Assembly (NCBI GenBank): GCA_965208575.1
Contig: CBDBOV010000004.1
Location: 32,001 to 96,000 of the forward strand
Length of the DNA: 64,000 nucleotides
Source: Spirochaetia bacterium
GTDB lineage: Bacteria > Spirochaetota > Spirochaetia > SZUA-6 > Bin103
Direction: 5' to 3'
In this document: positions 51,250 to 60,503 of the stretch, piece after piece
Position numbering within the stretch: the first letter of the stretch is position 1
Layout: each line of letters opens with the position of its first letter
Notes under the pieces: generated by a model
The model's input: only the letters and a program-made list of their open reading frames with translations
Databases searched by the model: none
What the model was told of the DNA's origin: nothing
Made by a program: the position numbers and the translations under genes

Positions 51250-53007
51250 TCACCGCTGCACGGCGTCGCAGTACACCAGCTCCCAGCCGTGGAACACCAC
51301 GATCAGGCCGATGAAGCGCACCCCCGGGAACTGCCGCGCCAGCCGTTCGTCCTCAAGGTACCGCAGGAGCTGCTCCTGCGCCTCCCCGACCACCGTCGTA
51401 ACCGCGGCCTGATCCGCCGACGCGGAACGCGCGCGATACTTCAACTCGATCAGGTAGCCGCGCTGCAGTTGCGGGTAGCGGGCCACCAGCGGCTCCAGGC
51501 AGATGTCCGCATGTCCCTTTCCCAGTTCCGCCTCCGAGCGGAACACGTAGTAGTCGGCCACGCTCAGGTAGGCCGCCAGAAAGCCCTGTATTACCTTCTC
51601 GCCGGCGATGTAGTCGCGGATTCCCGTCTGCCGCGCGATCGCCGCGCTCAGGAACTCCAACACGGGCCGCCATTCGCCCTCGGTCGCCATCCGAAGCATC
51701 AACTGCTCGAACCGGAACAGGTCGACCGAAAACACCTCCACGTCGCGGTAGGCGTCGCGCAGGTAGCCATACATCAGCCGCTTCACGGTCTGGTTCGGGA
51801 TCGCCAGCCGCGGCATCACCCCCTCCACGACACGGATGCTCAGCAGCCCGAAGTAGTGCATCAGGGACAGGAAGTTCTCCCGCTTGGTGAGGTCCTGCAG
51901 CGGAAAGCCGGGCTGGATTCGGGTGTCCACCTGCTCCTCGGCGATCACGTCGCGCAGCAGGTCGAAGTTGCCGTTGAGTTGCCGCCCGGTCACCAGCAGG
52001 TGACGGAGCTTGCCATAGTCGATGCGCACGTTGGTATCGATCAGGTACGTCGGCACGCGCCGGTTCGGCATCGAGTGCTTCAGGTAGTAGAGCACCATGT
52101 CGGTGTTGTACAGGCCGGTCTCGGCTTCCTCGGCGAAGCGGTAGCCGTTGTACCACTCGCCCATGATGCCCATGGCGGTCGCCGGGTCCTGGTTGAACAC
52201 GCCCAGGTCCCGGTAGGTCTCGACCAGGTGACGCACCTCTTCCTCGGTGAAGCCGACCATCTCGTTGAAGTCCGGTTCCAGGCTGATGTTGGTGCCGATG
52301 TTGAAGCCGCTGGTCACGTCGTCCATGGTGACCGGCGACACGCCGGTGATGAACAGGCGCTCCAGACCGCCGCCGCTGCGGTCCGCGCCGCCCTTCAGGG
52401 TGGCGAAGAAGTTGCGGTAGAAGCCGCCGCCGTGGGTAAAGGAGTGGTACGCCTCCGCGCCGTGGTACGCCAGCACCGTGTTGGCGAAGTTGTCGTACTC
52501 GTCGATCAGCACGTACAGCGGGATCTCATGGTCGCCCGCGTATCGGAACAGCACCCCAAGCTTGGCGCTGATGGAGGGCGGCGTGAGGATCCGCTGCAGC
52601 ACCGCTTCGGGAAACAGGTCGGGATGCCGCTCCAGTGTCCCCTGCAGCTCCGTGTGGCAGTAGGTTTCGAACTCCCGCTCCAGCGTTTCCAGCTTGTCGT
52701 TGACCATCGAGAAGTTGAAGCGCAGGGTGACGTAGCGGCTCTGTTCCCCGGTCGGCTCCCGCCCGATGTCGGTGCCGGCGAAGGTGCCGTCGAAGTCGTC
52801 GGCCCAGAAGCGGTCGTAGTAGTTTTCCAGCAGCGAAACCCATAGCGACTTGCCGAACCGGCGCGGGCGGATCAGGAAGACGTAGTCCTCCCGCTCCAGG
52901 CGCCGCAGGAAGCGGGTCTTGTCGACGTACAGCCACCGGTTCCGGCGGATGCGCCTGAAGTCGGCCTGACCGTAGGGAATGCGCGGGTGCGTGGGTGGCG
53001 TGCTCAC
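51250..53007 (-). CDS. AAA-ATPase-like + PD-(D/E)XK nuclease protein, copy 2
   Basis: Same length (585 aa) as copy 1 and near-identical to it. Confidence 0.9.
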   Translation of the reverse strand: MSTPPTHPRIPYGQADFRRIRRNRWLYVDKTRFLRRLEREDYVFLIRPRRFGKSLWVSLLENYYDRFWADDFDGTFAGTDIGREPTGEQSRYVTLRFNFSMVNDKLETLEREFETYCHTELQGTLERHPDLFPEAVLQRILTPPSISAKLGVLFRYAGDHEIPLYVLIDEYDNFANTVLAYHGAEAYHSFTHGGGFYRNFFATLKGGADRSGGGLERLFITGVSPVTMDDVTSGFNIGTNISLEPDFNEMVGFTEEEVRHLVETYRDLGVFNQDPATAMGIMGEWYNGYRFAEEAETGLYNTDMVLYYLKHSMPNRRVPTYLIDTNVRIDYGKLRHLLVTGRQLNGNFDLLRDVIAEEQVDTRIQPGFPLQDLTKRENFLSLMHYFGLLSIRVVEGVMPRLAIPNQTVKRLMYGYLRDAYRDVEVFSVDLFRFEQLMLRMATEGEWRPVLEFLSAAIARQTGIRDYIAGEKVIQGFLAAYLSVADYYVFRSEAELGKGHADICLEPLVARYPQLQRGYLIELKYRARSASADQAAVTTVVGEAQEQLLRYLEDERLARQFPGVRFIGLIVVFHGWELVYCDAVQR

Positions 53008-53114
53008 TACTATAGCCCGAGGCAGGCTCCGGCACTGACTCTATCGTCTCCAGGTGCGCCGCGCAACGGAGCCGCCACGGGGCGGCACGGTCACTCCGCG
53101 ACACGGAAGACAGA

Positions 53115-53717
53115 ATGGTCGGTATCTACTCGGCGATTCGCCAGGATACGGCCGCCGACTACCTGGGGCGCTCGGTCGCCATCATCGGCCTGGCCACGCC
53201 CAACTTCTGGCTCGGCATCATGGTCATGATCTACCCAGCCGTCTGGTGGGGCTGGGCGCCGCCGCTGGAGCTGGTTTCCTTCACCGAAGACCCGCTGGGG
53301 AATCTGGCGGTGTTCATCGTTCCCAGCCTGATTCTGGGCACGGCCGCGGCGGCCGCCACCATGCGGATGACGCGCACCATGATGCTGGAGGTGCTCAGGC
53401 AGGACTATATCCGCACCGCCTGGTCCAAGGGCCTGAAGGAGCTGGCCGTGGTGATCCGGCATGCCGTCCAGAATGCCCTTATCCCGGTGGTGTCCCTGGT
53501 CGGCCTGCAGTTGCCGATTCTGGTGGGGGGCGCCGTGATCATGGAGAACATCTTCAACCTGCCGGGGCTTGGCCGTCTCTTGCTGGATGCCCTCATTGAC
53601 CGAGACTACCCGATGGTCTCCGGCATCAACCTGTTCTTCGCCACCGGGGTGGTGGTGACCAACCTGCTCATCGACCTGGTCTACGCGGTCCTCGACCCGC
53701 GGATCCGTTATGAGTGA
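53115..53717 (+). pseudogene. 5'-truncated DppB-like permease, copy 2
   Basis: Begins at (P)VGIYSAIRQD and lacks the first ~130 aa of copy 1. Confidence 0.85.
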
Positions 53718-54585
53718 CTTCTTTGTCAGGCTGGTCAAGGAGAAGCCGCTGAGCATCATCGCCGGGGTCGTCATCCTGCTGTTGATCCTGGTGGCGATCT
53801 TTGCCGACGTGCTGGCGCCTTACCCGCACGACGAAGTCAACATCGTGGACCGGATGCAGCCGCCCTCCAACCGGTACCTGTTGGGGACCGACCAGTTGGG
53901 GCGCGACCTGCTGAGCCGCCTCGTGTTCGGGGCCCGGATATCGCTGACCGTCGGTCTGGCGGCGACCACCGTCAACGTTGTGGTGGCGGTGCTGATCGGC
54001 GGCATCTCGGGATTCTTCGGCGGTCGACTGGACCTGGCGATGCAGCGCTTCGTCGACGCCTGGATGGCGTTCCCGGGGCTGCTGCTGTTGCTCACCATCA
54101 TGTCGCTGGTGGGGCGGGGGTTGCCGCAGATCATCGTGGTGCTGGGGGTGACGGGCGGCATCGGCGGTTCGCGAGTGGTCCGCGGCGCGGTGATCGGGGT
54201 AAAGGAGAATGCCTACTTTCAGGCGGCCGAGGCGATCGGCGGCACCCGGTGGCGAACCCTCATCCACCACGTCCTGCCCAACATCGCCGCCCCGGTGATC
54301 ATCATCTTCACCATCAACGTGGGCGGCGTGATCATCAGCGAGGCTGCGCTGAGCTTCCTGGGGTTCGGACTGCCGATCTCGGTGCCGAGCTGGGGCGGGA
54401 TGCTGAGCCGGGAAGGGCGCGAGTTCATGGAGGTGGCGCCGCGGCTGGCGCTGTGGCCGGGGCTGTGCCTGACGGTTGTCGTGTACTGCCTGAACATGTT
54501 CGGCGACGCGGTGCGCGACCTGCTCGACCCGCGGCTCCGGGGCGGCGGCGGCCGTCTGAGTGCCGATGCCGCGAGGTCGGTATAA
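53710..54585 (+). CDS. ABC peptide permease DppC-like, copy 2
   Basis: Protein nearly identical to 50217-51092. Confidence 0.92.
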   Translation: MSDFFVRLVKEKPLSIIAGVVILLLILVAIFADVLAPYPHDEVNIVDRMQPPSNRYLLGTDQLGRDLLSRLVFGARISLTVGLAATTVNVVVAVLIGGISGFFGGRLDLAMQRFVDAWMAFPGLLLLLTIMSLVGRGLPQIIVVLGVTGGIGGSRVVRGAVIGVKENAYFQAAEAIGGTRWRTLIHHVLPNIAAPVIIIFTINVGGVIISEAALSFLGFGLPISVPSWGGMLSREGREFMEVAPRLALWPGLCLTVVVYCLNMFGDAVRDLLDPRLRGGGGRLSADAARSV

Positions 54586-54647
54586 TTCAGTAGAGCCCGC
54601 ACGACGCCCGGCCGTGGGGCCATGCGCGGCCGTCGCAAGCGGCGGCG

Positions 54648-55886
54648 CTACCACGCGGTCAGCAGGAACTCGCGGATATGGAGGTGGCGGATGCCCTTGT
54701 GGCCGGCGCCGGTCACGGGATCCATCGAAACGACCATCTTGGGGTAGTTGTCCGGGATCTCGAGCAGGTTGCCGAACTCGCGCTTGTGGGTCGCCTCGTC
54801 GGCGAGAATGTAGGCGACCTGGACGTACAGGGTCTCCTCCAGACGTGTTGCCACGAAGTCGATTTCGCGGCGGTCGAGGCGGCCGGTGGACACCTGCCAG
54901 CCGCACACGCGCAGGTGATGGTAGACCAGGTTCTCAAGCACCTTCCCGATGTCTTGCTGAACGAACGGCTTCACGGCGTGGCGCAGCCCCAGATCCTCGA
55001 AGTAATACTTCTCACCGATCTCGAAGATGCGCCGCCCGACCACGTCCGCCCGGTGGACCTTGGCAAGGAAGCAGGCGTGGCACAGGTGCGCCAGGTATTC
55101 CAGCACGGCATTGGGCGAAATCCGTACGCGCTGCGACTTCAGGTAGTCGCTGATCCGCTTGGCGGTAACCACGCTGCCGACGCTGTCGGCCAGAAATCGG
55201 ACCAGCCGCTCCAGGAAGTCGATGTTGCGAATTCGGTACCGGGCAACGACATCCTTGAACAGAATCACATTATAGAGGTTGCCGAGATACTCGTAGACGA
55301 CGCGGTCGGTCAGTTCCAGGTCCACCAGGTGGGGGAGGCCCCCGTAGCGCATATAGCGCCGCAACGCATCATCGTTCTCTTCGAGCCGATGAAACGCGAG
55401 AAACTCACGGTAGGACAGGCCTTGCACCGGTACTTCGACGGCGCGTCCGGCCAGCAGCGTGGCGATGTCGCCGGACAGCATCTCGGCGTTGCTGCCGGTG
55501 CAGTAGATATCGAACCGTTTCTCCGCCGCCAGGCTGCGCAGTGCACGCGGCCAGTCGTCGATTTCCTGCACCTCGTCGATCAGGATGCATCCCCGGCGGG
55601 CCGATCCGAGATCCCTTGCGGTGCGGTCGAGAAGATCGGCGCGGGTCCGGATGTCGTCGAAAGCGGCCAGTTCCTTGTTGATATACAGAATGGGACACGC
55701 GGGGTCGCGCTTCCTGATCATGTCCACGACGTGGTAGAGCAGGTAGCTCTTGCCAACCCGCCGCTGGCCGACCAGCACCTTGATCACGTCCTTGCCTACC
55801 AGCGGATCGAGCCGCTCGACGTAGACCGAACGGGTAATGTAGCTCGGTATCTCGATTCTTCGCACGTCCCAGCCCTGAAGTTTCAT
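54648..55886 (-). CDS. AAA_14 / DUF4143 ATP-binding protein
   Basis: GQRRVGKS, LIDEVQ, TGSN, GGLP, KYYFEDLG and EIDFV...YVQV. Confidence 0.88.
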   Translation of the reverse strand: MKLQGWDVRRIEIPSYITRSVYVERLDPLVGKDVIKVLVGQRRVGKSYLLYHVVDMIRKRDPACPILYINKELAAFDDIRTRADLLDRTARDLGSARRGCILIDEVQEIDDWPRALRSLAAEKRFDIYCTGSNAEMLSGDIATLLAGRAVEVPVQGLSYREFLAFHRLEENDDALRRYMRYGGLPHLVDLELTDRVVYEYLGNLYNVILFKDVVARYRIRNIDFLERLVRFLADSVGSVVTAKRISDYLKSQRVRISPNAVLEYLAHLCHACFLAKVHRADVVGRRIFEIGEKYYFEDLGLRHAVKPFVQQDIGKVLENLVYHHLRVCGWQVSTGRLDRREIDFVATRLEETLYVQVAYILADEATHKREFGNLLEIPDNYPKMVVSMDPVTGAGHKGIRHLHIREFLLTAW

Positions 55887-55951
55887 TATACCTGACAGAA
55901 TTGCAAAAAGATTGTCAAATAATCGTCATAATTAAATGTTATGCTCGCGTC

Positions 55952-58639
55952 ATGCCCACGCCTCCATCGGACCGTTTCCAGGCCCTGTCGCTGGACGAAG
56001 CATGCAACGCCGACCGCGCCTCGCTGCCCGATGACCTCGCCCCGCCGGCCGCCCTGGAGCGTGCCTTCGGCGCCCAGGCGTTGCGCGGCATGCCGTTCCT
56101 GCTCGGTTCGCCCGGCGCCGCCAACGTCGTGCTGGTGGCCGGCGAGCCGGCGACCATCGCTGCCGGAGGGCTGACCGCGCGCTACCTGGTCTTCGTGCAC
56201 TACGTGGCCGACCGGCCATCCAACTATCTGCCCGGCTTCGCCGACACCGATCGCGACGGTAACGACCTGGGCGATCACGTGGCGGACTACGTGCTGCACT
56301 ACGCCGACGGTTCCGAGCACATGCACCCGATCCGGCGCCGGTTTGCGATCCAGCAGGCGCGCGTCGGCTGGGGCGCCAGCCCGTTTGCCGCGGTGCCGCT
56401 GCTGGCCGACCAGGTGACGGCGTCGGCTGCCGAGGATCAGGCGGCGGGGCGCAGCCCGGCGGCATCGTACGGCCGCGGCGAGACCCGGCACGGTTCCGGG
56501 CGCGACGCCGGCCCGGGCGGCTGGCTGTACGCGCTGCCCAACCCGCATCCTGACCGGGCCATCGACGCGGTGGAGCTGCGGCCAGCGGGCGAGCCGTGCG
56601 TGGTGTACGGCATCGCCGCCACCGAGCTGACCGATCACCCGTTGCGCCCCGGCACCCGCCGCAAGCTGGTCGTGGACCTGGCGCCGGGAATGAGCTTCAA
56701 CGCCGCCGGCGAGGTGGAAGGCGTGGACATCGACCTTGGCACGGTGATCTCTGCCCGCCGCGCGTTCGACTACGACGCCGCGGAGTGGCGCTCCGGCCCT
56801 GCCAACGTGCAGCCGGCCCTCTCCGCCACCCGCGCGCTGGTGGAATACGCCGCCCATCCCGCCGCCCGGCTGTACCTGGGAGACCGAGCCGTTCCGTTGC
56901 CGGTCGAGGCGGCGGAGGCGTTCGGCACGGACCTGCCCGGCGAGGTGTCAAAGCCGTCCGGCGAGGTGTCAAAGCCGTCCGGCGAGGTGTCAAAGCCGTC
57001 CGGCGAGGTGTCAAAGCCGTCCGGCGAAGTCTCGGAGGCGTCGGGCGAGTCGGGAGCGTCGTACCTGTCAGCGGTCGTGGCTGCCGAGCGCCCGGTAAAG
57101 ATCACCGTCACCGAGCGCGGCTCGCCGCAGCCGGTGGCGGTGCGCCTGCACCTGCACGGTGCCGCCGGCGAGTACCTGCCGCCCAAGGGCAACCACCGCA
57201 CGGTCAACGGCAACTGGTTCGAGGACAACTACGGCGAGTTCGTCAACGGCCTCAACCAGTATGCCTACATACCGGGCGAGTGCGTGGCCGACCTGCCGCT
57301 CGGCGACGTGTACGTGGAGATCAGCCGCGGCTACGAGGTACGCCCGCTGCGCACCCGGGTCACCGTTACCCCGCGGACCGAGGAGCTGACCTTCGAGTTG
57401 GAGCGGGTGCTGCGCTGGCGCGAGCGCGGCTGGGTGACCGCCGACACCCACGTCCACTTCCTCAGCCCGCAGACCGCCTTGCTGGAGGGCGCCGCCGAGG
57501 GGGTGAACGTGGTCAACCTGCTGGCCAGCCAGTGGGGTGAGATGTTCAGCAACGTCTCCGACTTCGACGGCGCCACCACCCTGGGAGCGCGCGACTTCGG
57601 CGGCAGCGGCGAGTTCCTGGTGCGGGTGGGTACCGAGAACCGCATGCAGGTGCTCGGCCACATCTCCCTGCTCGGCTACGCCGGCGCCATGATCCACCCA
57701 CTGTGCACGGGCGGGCCGTCTGAGTCGGCGATCGGCGACCCGCAGGAGGTGACCATGGCCGACTGGGCCACCCGCTGCCTGCAGCAGGGCGGGCTGGTGG
57801 TGATGCCGCACGCGCCCAACCCGCAGTGCGAGCGCGCCGCCGACATCGTGCTCGGCGTGGTGGACGCGATGGAGATGATGACCTTCAACCCGTGCGACTG
57901 GCAGCTCAACCCGTACGGCATCGCCGACTGGTACCGTTACCTCAACCTCGGCTACCGCCTGCCGGTGGTGGGCGGCTCCGACAAGATGGCGGCCGCCTCC
58001 CAGTTGGGCGGCGTGCGCACCTACACCCAGCTCGGCGAGCTCGAGTTCACCTACGACAACTGGATGGCGGCGCTGCGCGCGGGCAACACCTTCGTCACCG
58101 TGGGGCCGCTCGCCGAGCTGACCGTGGAGGGCAGGGCGCCCGGCGCCACCGTGGACCTGCCTCCCGGCGGCGGCACGGTCAACGTGGAATGGCGCGTGGA
58201 GTCGGTCAGCGTGCCGATCTCGAAGGTGGAAGTGATCTTCGGCGGCGTGGTGGCGGAAGAGGTCGGCGGCGGCGCGCTGTCCCTCTCGGGCAGTGCATCC
58301 GTGCGCGTCGAGCATTCCTCCTGGCTCGCCCTGCGCGTGCGCGGCAGCTACCGCGACGAGCACCCGCAGGACATCGCCGCCCACACCAGCGCGGTGCAGG
58401 TCAGGGTAGGAGGTGCACGCCCGTTCTCGGCCCCCGACGCCGGTTTGATACTCGACCAGATCGAGGGTGCCCTGGCCTACGTCGACACCATCGCCCCACG
58501 CCCCGACGCCCAGCGCTACCGCCAGCTCCGCGCCACCCTCGAGCGCGCCTGGAACCGCCTCCACCAGACCATGCACCGCCACGGCGTGTTCCACCAGCAC
58601 ACCCCATTGCACGACCACGCCTCCCACCACGAGCATTGA
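55952..58639 (+). CDS. CehA/McbA-family (PHP-like) metallohydrolase
   Basis: ADTHVH, ENR...GH, GGSDK, and WYRYLNLG. His-rich C-terminal tail. Confidence 0.8.
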   Translation: MPTPPSDRFQALSLDEACNADRASLPDDLAPPAALERAFGAQALRGMPFLLGSPGAANVVLVAGEPATIAAGGLTARYLVFVHYVADRPSNYLPGFADTDRDGNDLGDHVADYVLHYADGSEHMHPIRRRFAIQQARVGWGASPFAAVPLLADQVTASAAEDQAAGRSPAASYGRGETRHGSGRDAGPGGWLYALPNPHPDRAIDAVELRPAGEPCVVYGIAATELTDHPLRPGTRRKLVVDLAPGMSFNAAGEVEGVDIDLGTVISARRAFDYDAAEWRSGPANVQPALSATRALVEYAAHPAARLYLGDRAVPLPVEAAEAFGTDLPGEVSKPSGEVSKPSGEVSKPSGEVSKPSGEVSEASGESGASYLSAVVAAERPVKITVTERGSPQPVAVRLHLHGAAGEYLPPKGNHRTVNGNWFEDNYGEFVNGLNQYAYIPGECVADLPLGDVYVEISRGYEVRPLRTRVTVTPRTEELTFELERVLRWRERGWVTADTHVHFLSPQTALLEGAAEGVNVVNLLASQWGEMFSNVSDFDGATTLGARDFGGSGEFLVRVGTENRMQVLGHISLLGYAGAMIHPLCTGGPSESAIGDPQEVTMADWATRCLQQGGLVVMPHAPNPQCERAADIVLGVVDAMEMMTFNPCDWQLNPYGIADWYRYLNLGYRLPVVGGSDKMAAASQLGGVRTYTQLGELEFTYDNWMAALRAGNTFVTVGPLAELTVEGRAPGATVDLPPGGGTVNVEWRVESVSVPISKVEVIFGGVVAEEVGGGALSLSGSASVRVEHSSWLALRVRGSYRDEHPQDIAAHTSAVQVRVGGARPFSAPDAGLILDQIEGALAYVDTIAPRPDAQRYRQLRATLERAWNRLHQTMHRHGVFHQHTPLHDHASHHEH
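56937..57027 (+). repeat. In-frame 21-bp VNTR (CCGGCGAGGTGTCAAAGCCGT) x4 plus a partial copy
   Basis: Four perfect copies encoding (GEVSKPS)n. Confidence 0.95.
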
Positions 58640-58714
58640 CGCATGGTCGACGCATGGTCATTGTGGCACGCGATGTGGTCGTGAGGTTACAGTTGTGAAA
58701 CGAGGGAGAGCGTG

Positions 58715-59555
58715 ATGGGATTCTGGAAGGACGTCTACCGTTTGCGAGCGGAAGGTGCGATTCCTCGGATATGGAAGCGCTCAGACCTTAAGGAAAGACT
58801 GAACTACGCGTCGAATACCATCGGCACCGAGCCGTCGAATTTTAGTTTAGAACGGGATGGACCGGGAATCGGTTATTTGGTGATGAAGGGTAGTGAGCCA
58901 AGGGCTTGGCGTCTCGGAGGTGGCAGCTTTGTGCTCATTGAAGATCCGGGCGATGACGAAGAAACGAGGCACGCAAGCCGAGTATGCGCGAACGAGCTCG
59001 CTCGCGATCTGAGGAACCGCAGAAAACAGGTTCAGAGGGATCCTGACGATCTCAATGCGCCGCCACATCCGATCAGGATCTGCCTAACCGAGGCTGAGTG
59101 TCGTTCCATCAAGGAACTCCGTACTACTGAGAAGAAGGCAGACTGGTTGGTTCGAAAACTTCTTCGAGAGAAATATGGTGCTTCAGCGAGCATCGAGGAA
59201 GATCGCAACGGCGCCGATATCAGGGTTTCGCTTGGGGGCAGGACAGAGACGATTGAGATAAAGGGCACCAGGAGCGCCGGGATTGCGTTGGCTCAGTTGA
59301 AGGTCTCTAGCCGACGGTCTCACCATCTGCTGACGACCAGGAGAGCACGGATGTATCGGGTAGTGGATGTCAACAGCGCCGCTCCGCGCATATATCCTCG
59401 AACACGGAGTACACTACCGGCTGGATCCCGAACCTCGTTGGGCGGCAAAGTCGGTGTCGAGGCGGGCGAACAAGTATCCCCTGCGGGGTGCTCGCTATCG
59501 CCTTGTTCGTCCCTTCGATCCCGTTGCCGAGGATGAATGGGCTGTTGGCAAGTGA
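58715..59555 (+). pseudogene. Frameshifted PD-(D/E)XK (DUF3883-like) nuclease with an antitoxin-like C-terminal tail
   Basis: GADIRV...IEIKGT. Adding one AT at ATATAT (59390-59395) joins the frame to YILEHG...YPLRG...PFDPVAEDEW, whose stop overlaps vapC. Confidence 0.6.
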
Positions 59556-59944
59556 TCGTGGTCGACGCGCACGTATGGGTGTGGTGGACGCTCGACACTG
59601 AACGGTTGAGTGTTGCCCAGCGTGACGCCATCAGCCGCAATGAAGACGATCTGATCGGTGTAAGCGCCATCTCCTGTTGGGAGGTGGCGAAACTGCATGA
59701 GTATGGAAGAATCGAGCTTCCCGCTGAACTGCCGGAATGGGTCTCTACGGCGCTTGCCTATCCGGGAGTGACACTCTTGGAGTTGACGCCGGAGGTCGCC
59801 ATCGAGTCGACTCGCCTTCCGGGATCGTTTCATCGCGACCCGGCCGATCAGATCATCGTCGCAACCGCTCGAATACACGATTGCGATCTGGTCACTTCGG
59901 ACGACAAGATCGTAGAGTACCCGCACGTCCGGACTGTTTTATAG
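59552..59944 (+). CDS. vapC: VapC PIN-domain toxin
   Basis: IVVDAHVWVW, SAISCWEV, HRDPADQIIVATA and LVTSD. Confidence 0.92.
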   Translation: MIVVDAHVWVWWTLDTERLSVAQRDAISRNEDDLIGVSAISCWEVAKLHEYGRIELPAELPEWVSTALAYPGVTLLELTPEVAIESTRLPGSFHRDPADQIIVATARIHDCDLVTSDDKIVEYPHVRTVL

Positions 59945-59946
59945 GT

Positions 59947-60126
59947 GTGCATGCGTTGAGGCAGAAGATTCTGGTGCTGTTCCTGCACAGCTCCGACCTC
60001 AACAGCCGGGTAGTGGCTTGGTCGCTGTACGACGGCACCGCCGCGCGGGAGGATACGTCGGCTACTTCCTGGGCGCCTGGAGAACCAACCCGCCACCGGC
60101 ACCGCGTCAACCTTCACCAGCGTTAG
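59947..60126 (+). pseudogene. Probable truncated hypothetical gene (LRQKILVLFL...VVAWSLYDGT)
   Basis: Protein-like N-terminus directly after vapC that decays after ~40 codons. Confidence 0.3.
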
Positions 60127-60167
60127 CTGACCGTATCTTGCCCTCCCATGGGTGGATCACCGCCACA

Positions 60168-60440
60168 TCAGGAATCTTCGATGAACGGGATCAACCGCGC
60201 CGGTTCGCGACGATCCGGAGCCTTGAGGTTCGCGCCGTGAGGTATGTTTTCGACCAACCAGCGGCCCATGGGTTCGGCTGGTTTCGACTTGGCATTCCAG
60301 AGCTCGGCAGGCACGACCACAAACGATTTCCTCACGCCGATACGCTGAGGGCCCTCTTCTTCGTAGCGGCGCAGTAGCTCGGACAACCGGGCCTTTGCGT
60401 CGGCAACCGTCCAGATGTGGCTCGCAGGGCGATGGTTCAC
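60168..60440 (-). CDS. Phd/YefM-family antitoxin (orphan)
   Basis: WTVADAKARLSELLR...EGPQRI Phd signature. No toxin ORF follows. Start uncertain. Confidence 0.75.
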   Translation of the reverse strand: MNHRPASHIWTVADAKARLSELLRRYEEEGPQRIGVRKSFVVVPAELWNAKSKPAEPMGRWLVENIPHGANLKAPDRREPARLIPFIEDS

Positions 60441-60463
60441 GGGCTTCTTCAACCTCCAATGTA

Positions 60464-60476
60464 GTCCATCATGGAC
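60464..60476. promoter_or_regulatory. Palindrome GTCCAT-C-ATGGAC upstream of phd (candidate autoregulatory operator)
   Basis: Perfect 6-bp inverted repeat just upstream of the GGAGG RBS. Confidence 0.4.
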
Positions 60477-60503
60477 CATATTATGCATGCAAGCAGCGTT
60501 GGC

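Noticed and set aside
44743-53007. Diversity-generating retroelement behind the near-identical AAA copies
   Set aside because: No reverse transcriptase is present and the differences are not adenine-specific.
56937-57027. 21-bp repeats as a CRISPR array
   Set aside because: The copies are head-to-tail with no spacers, lie in frame inside a CDS, and there are no cas genes.
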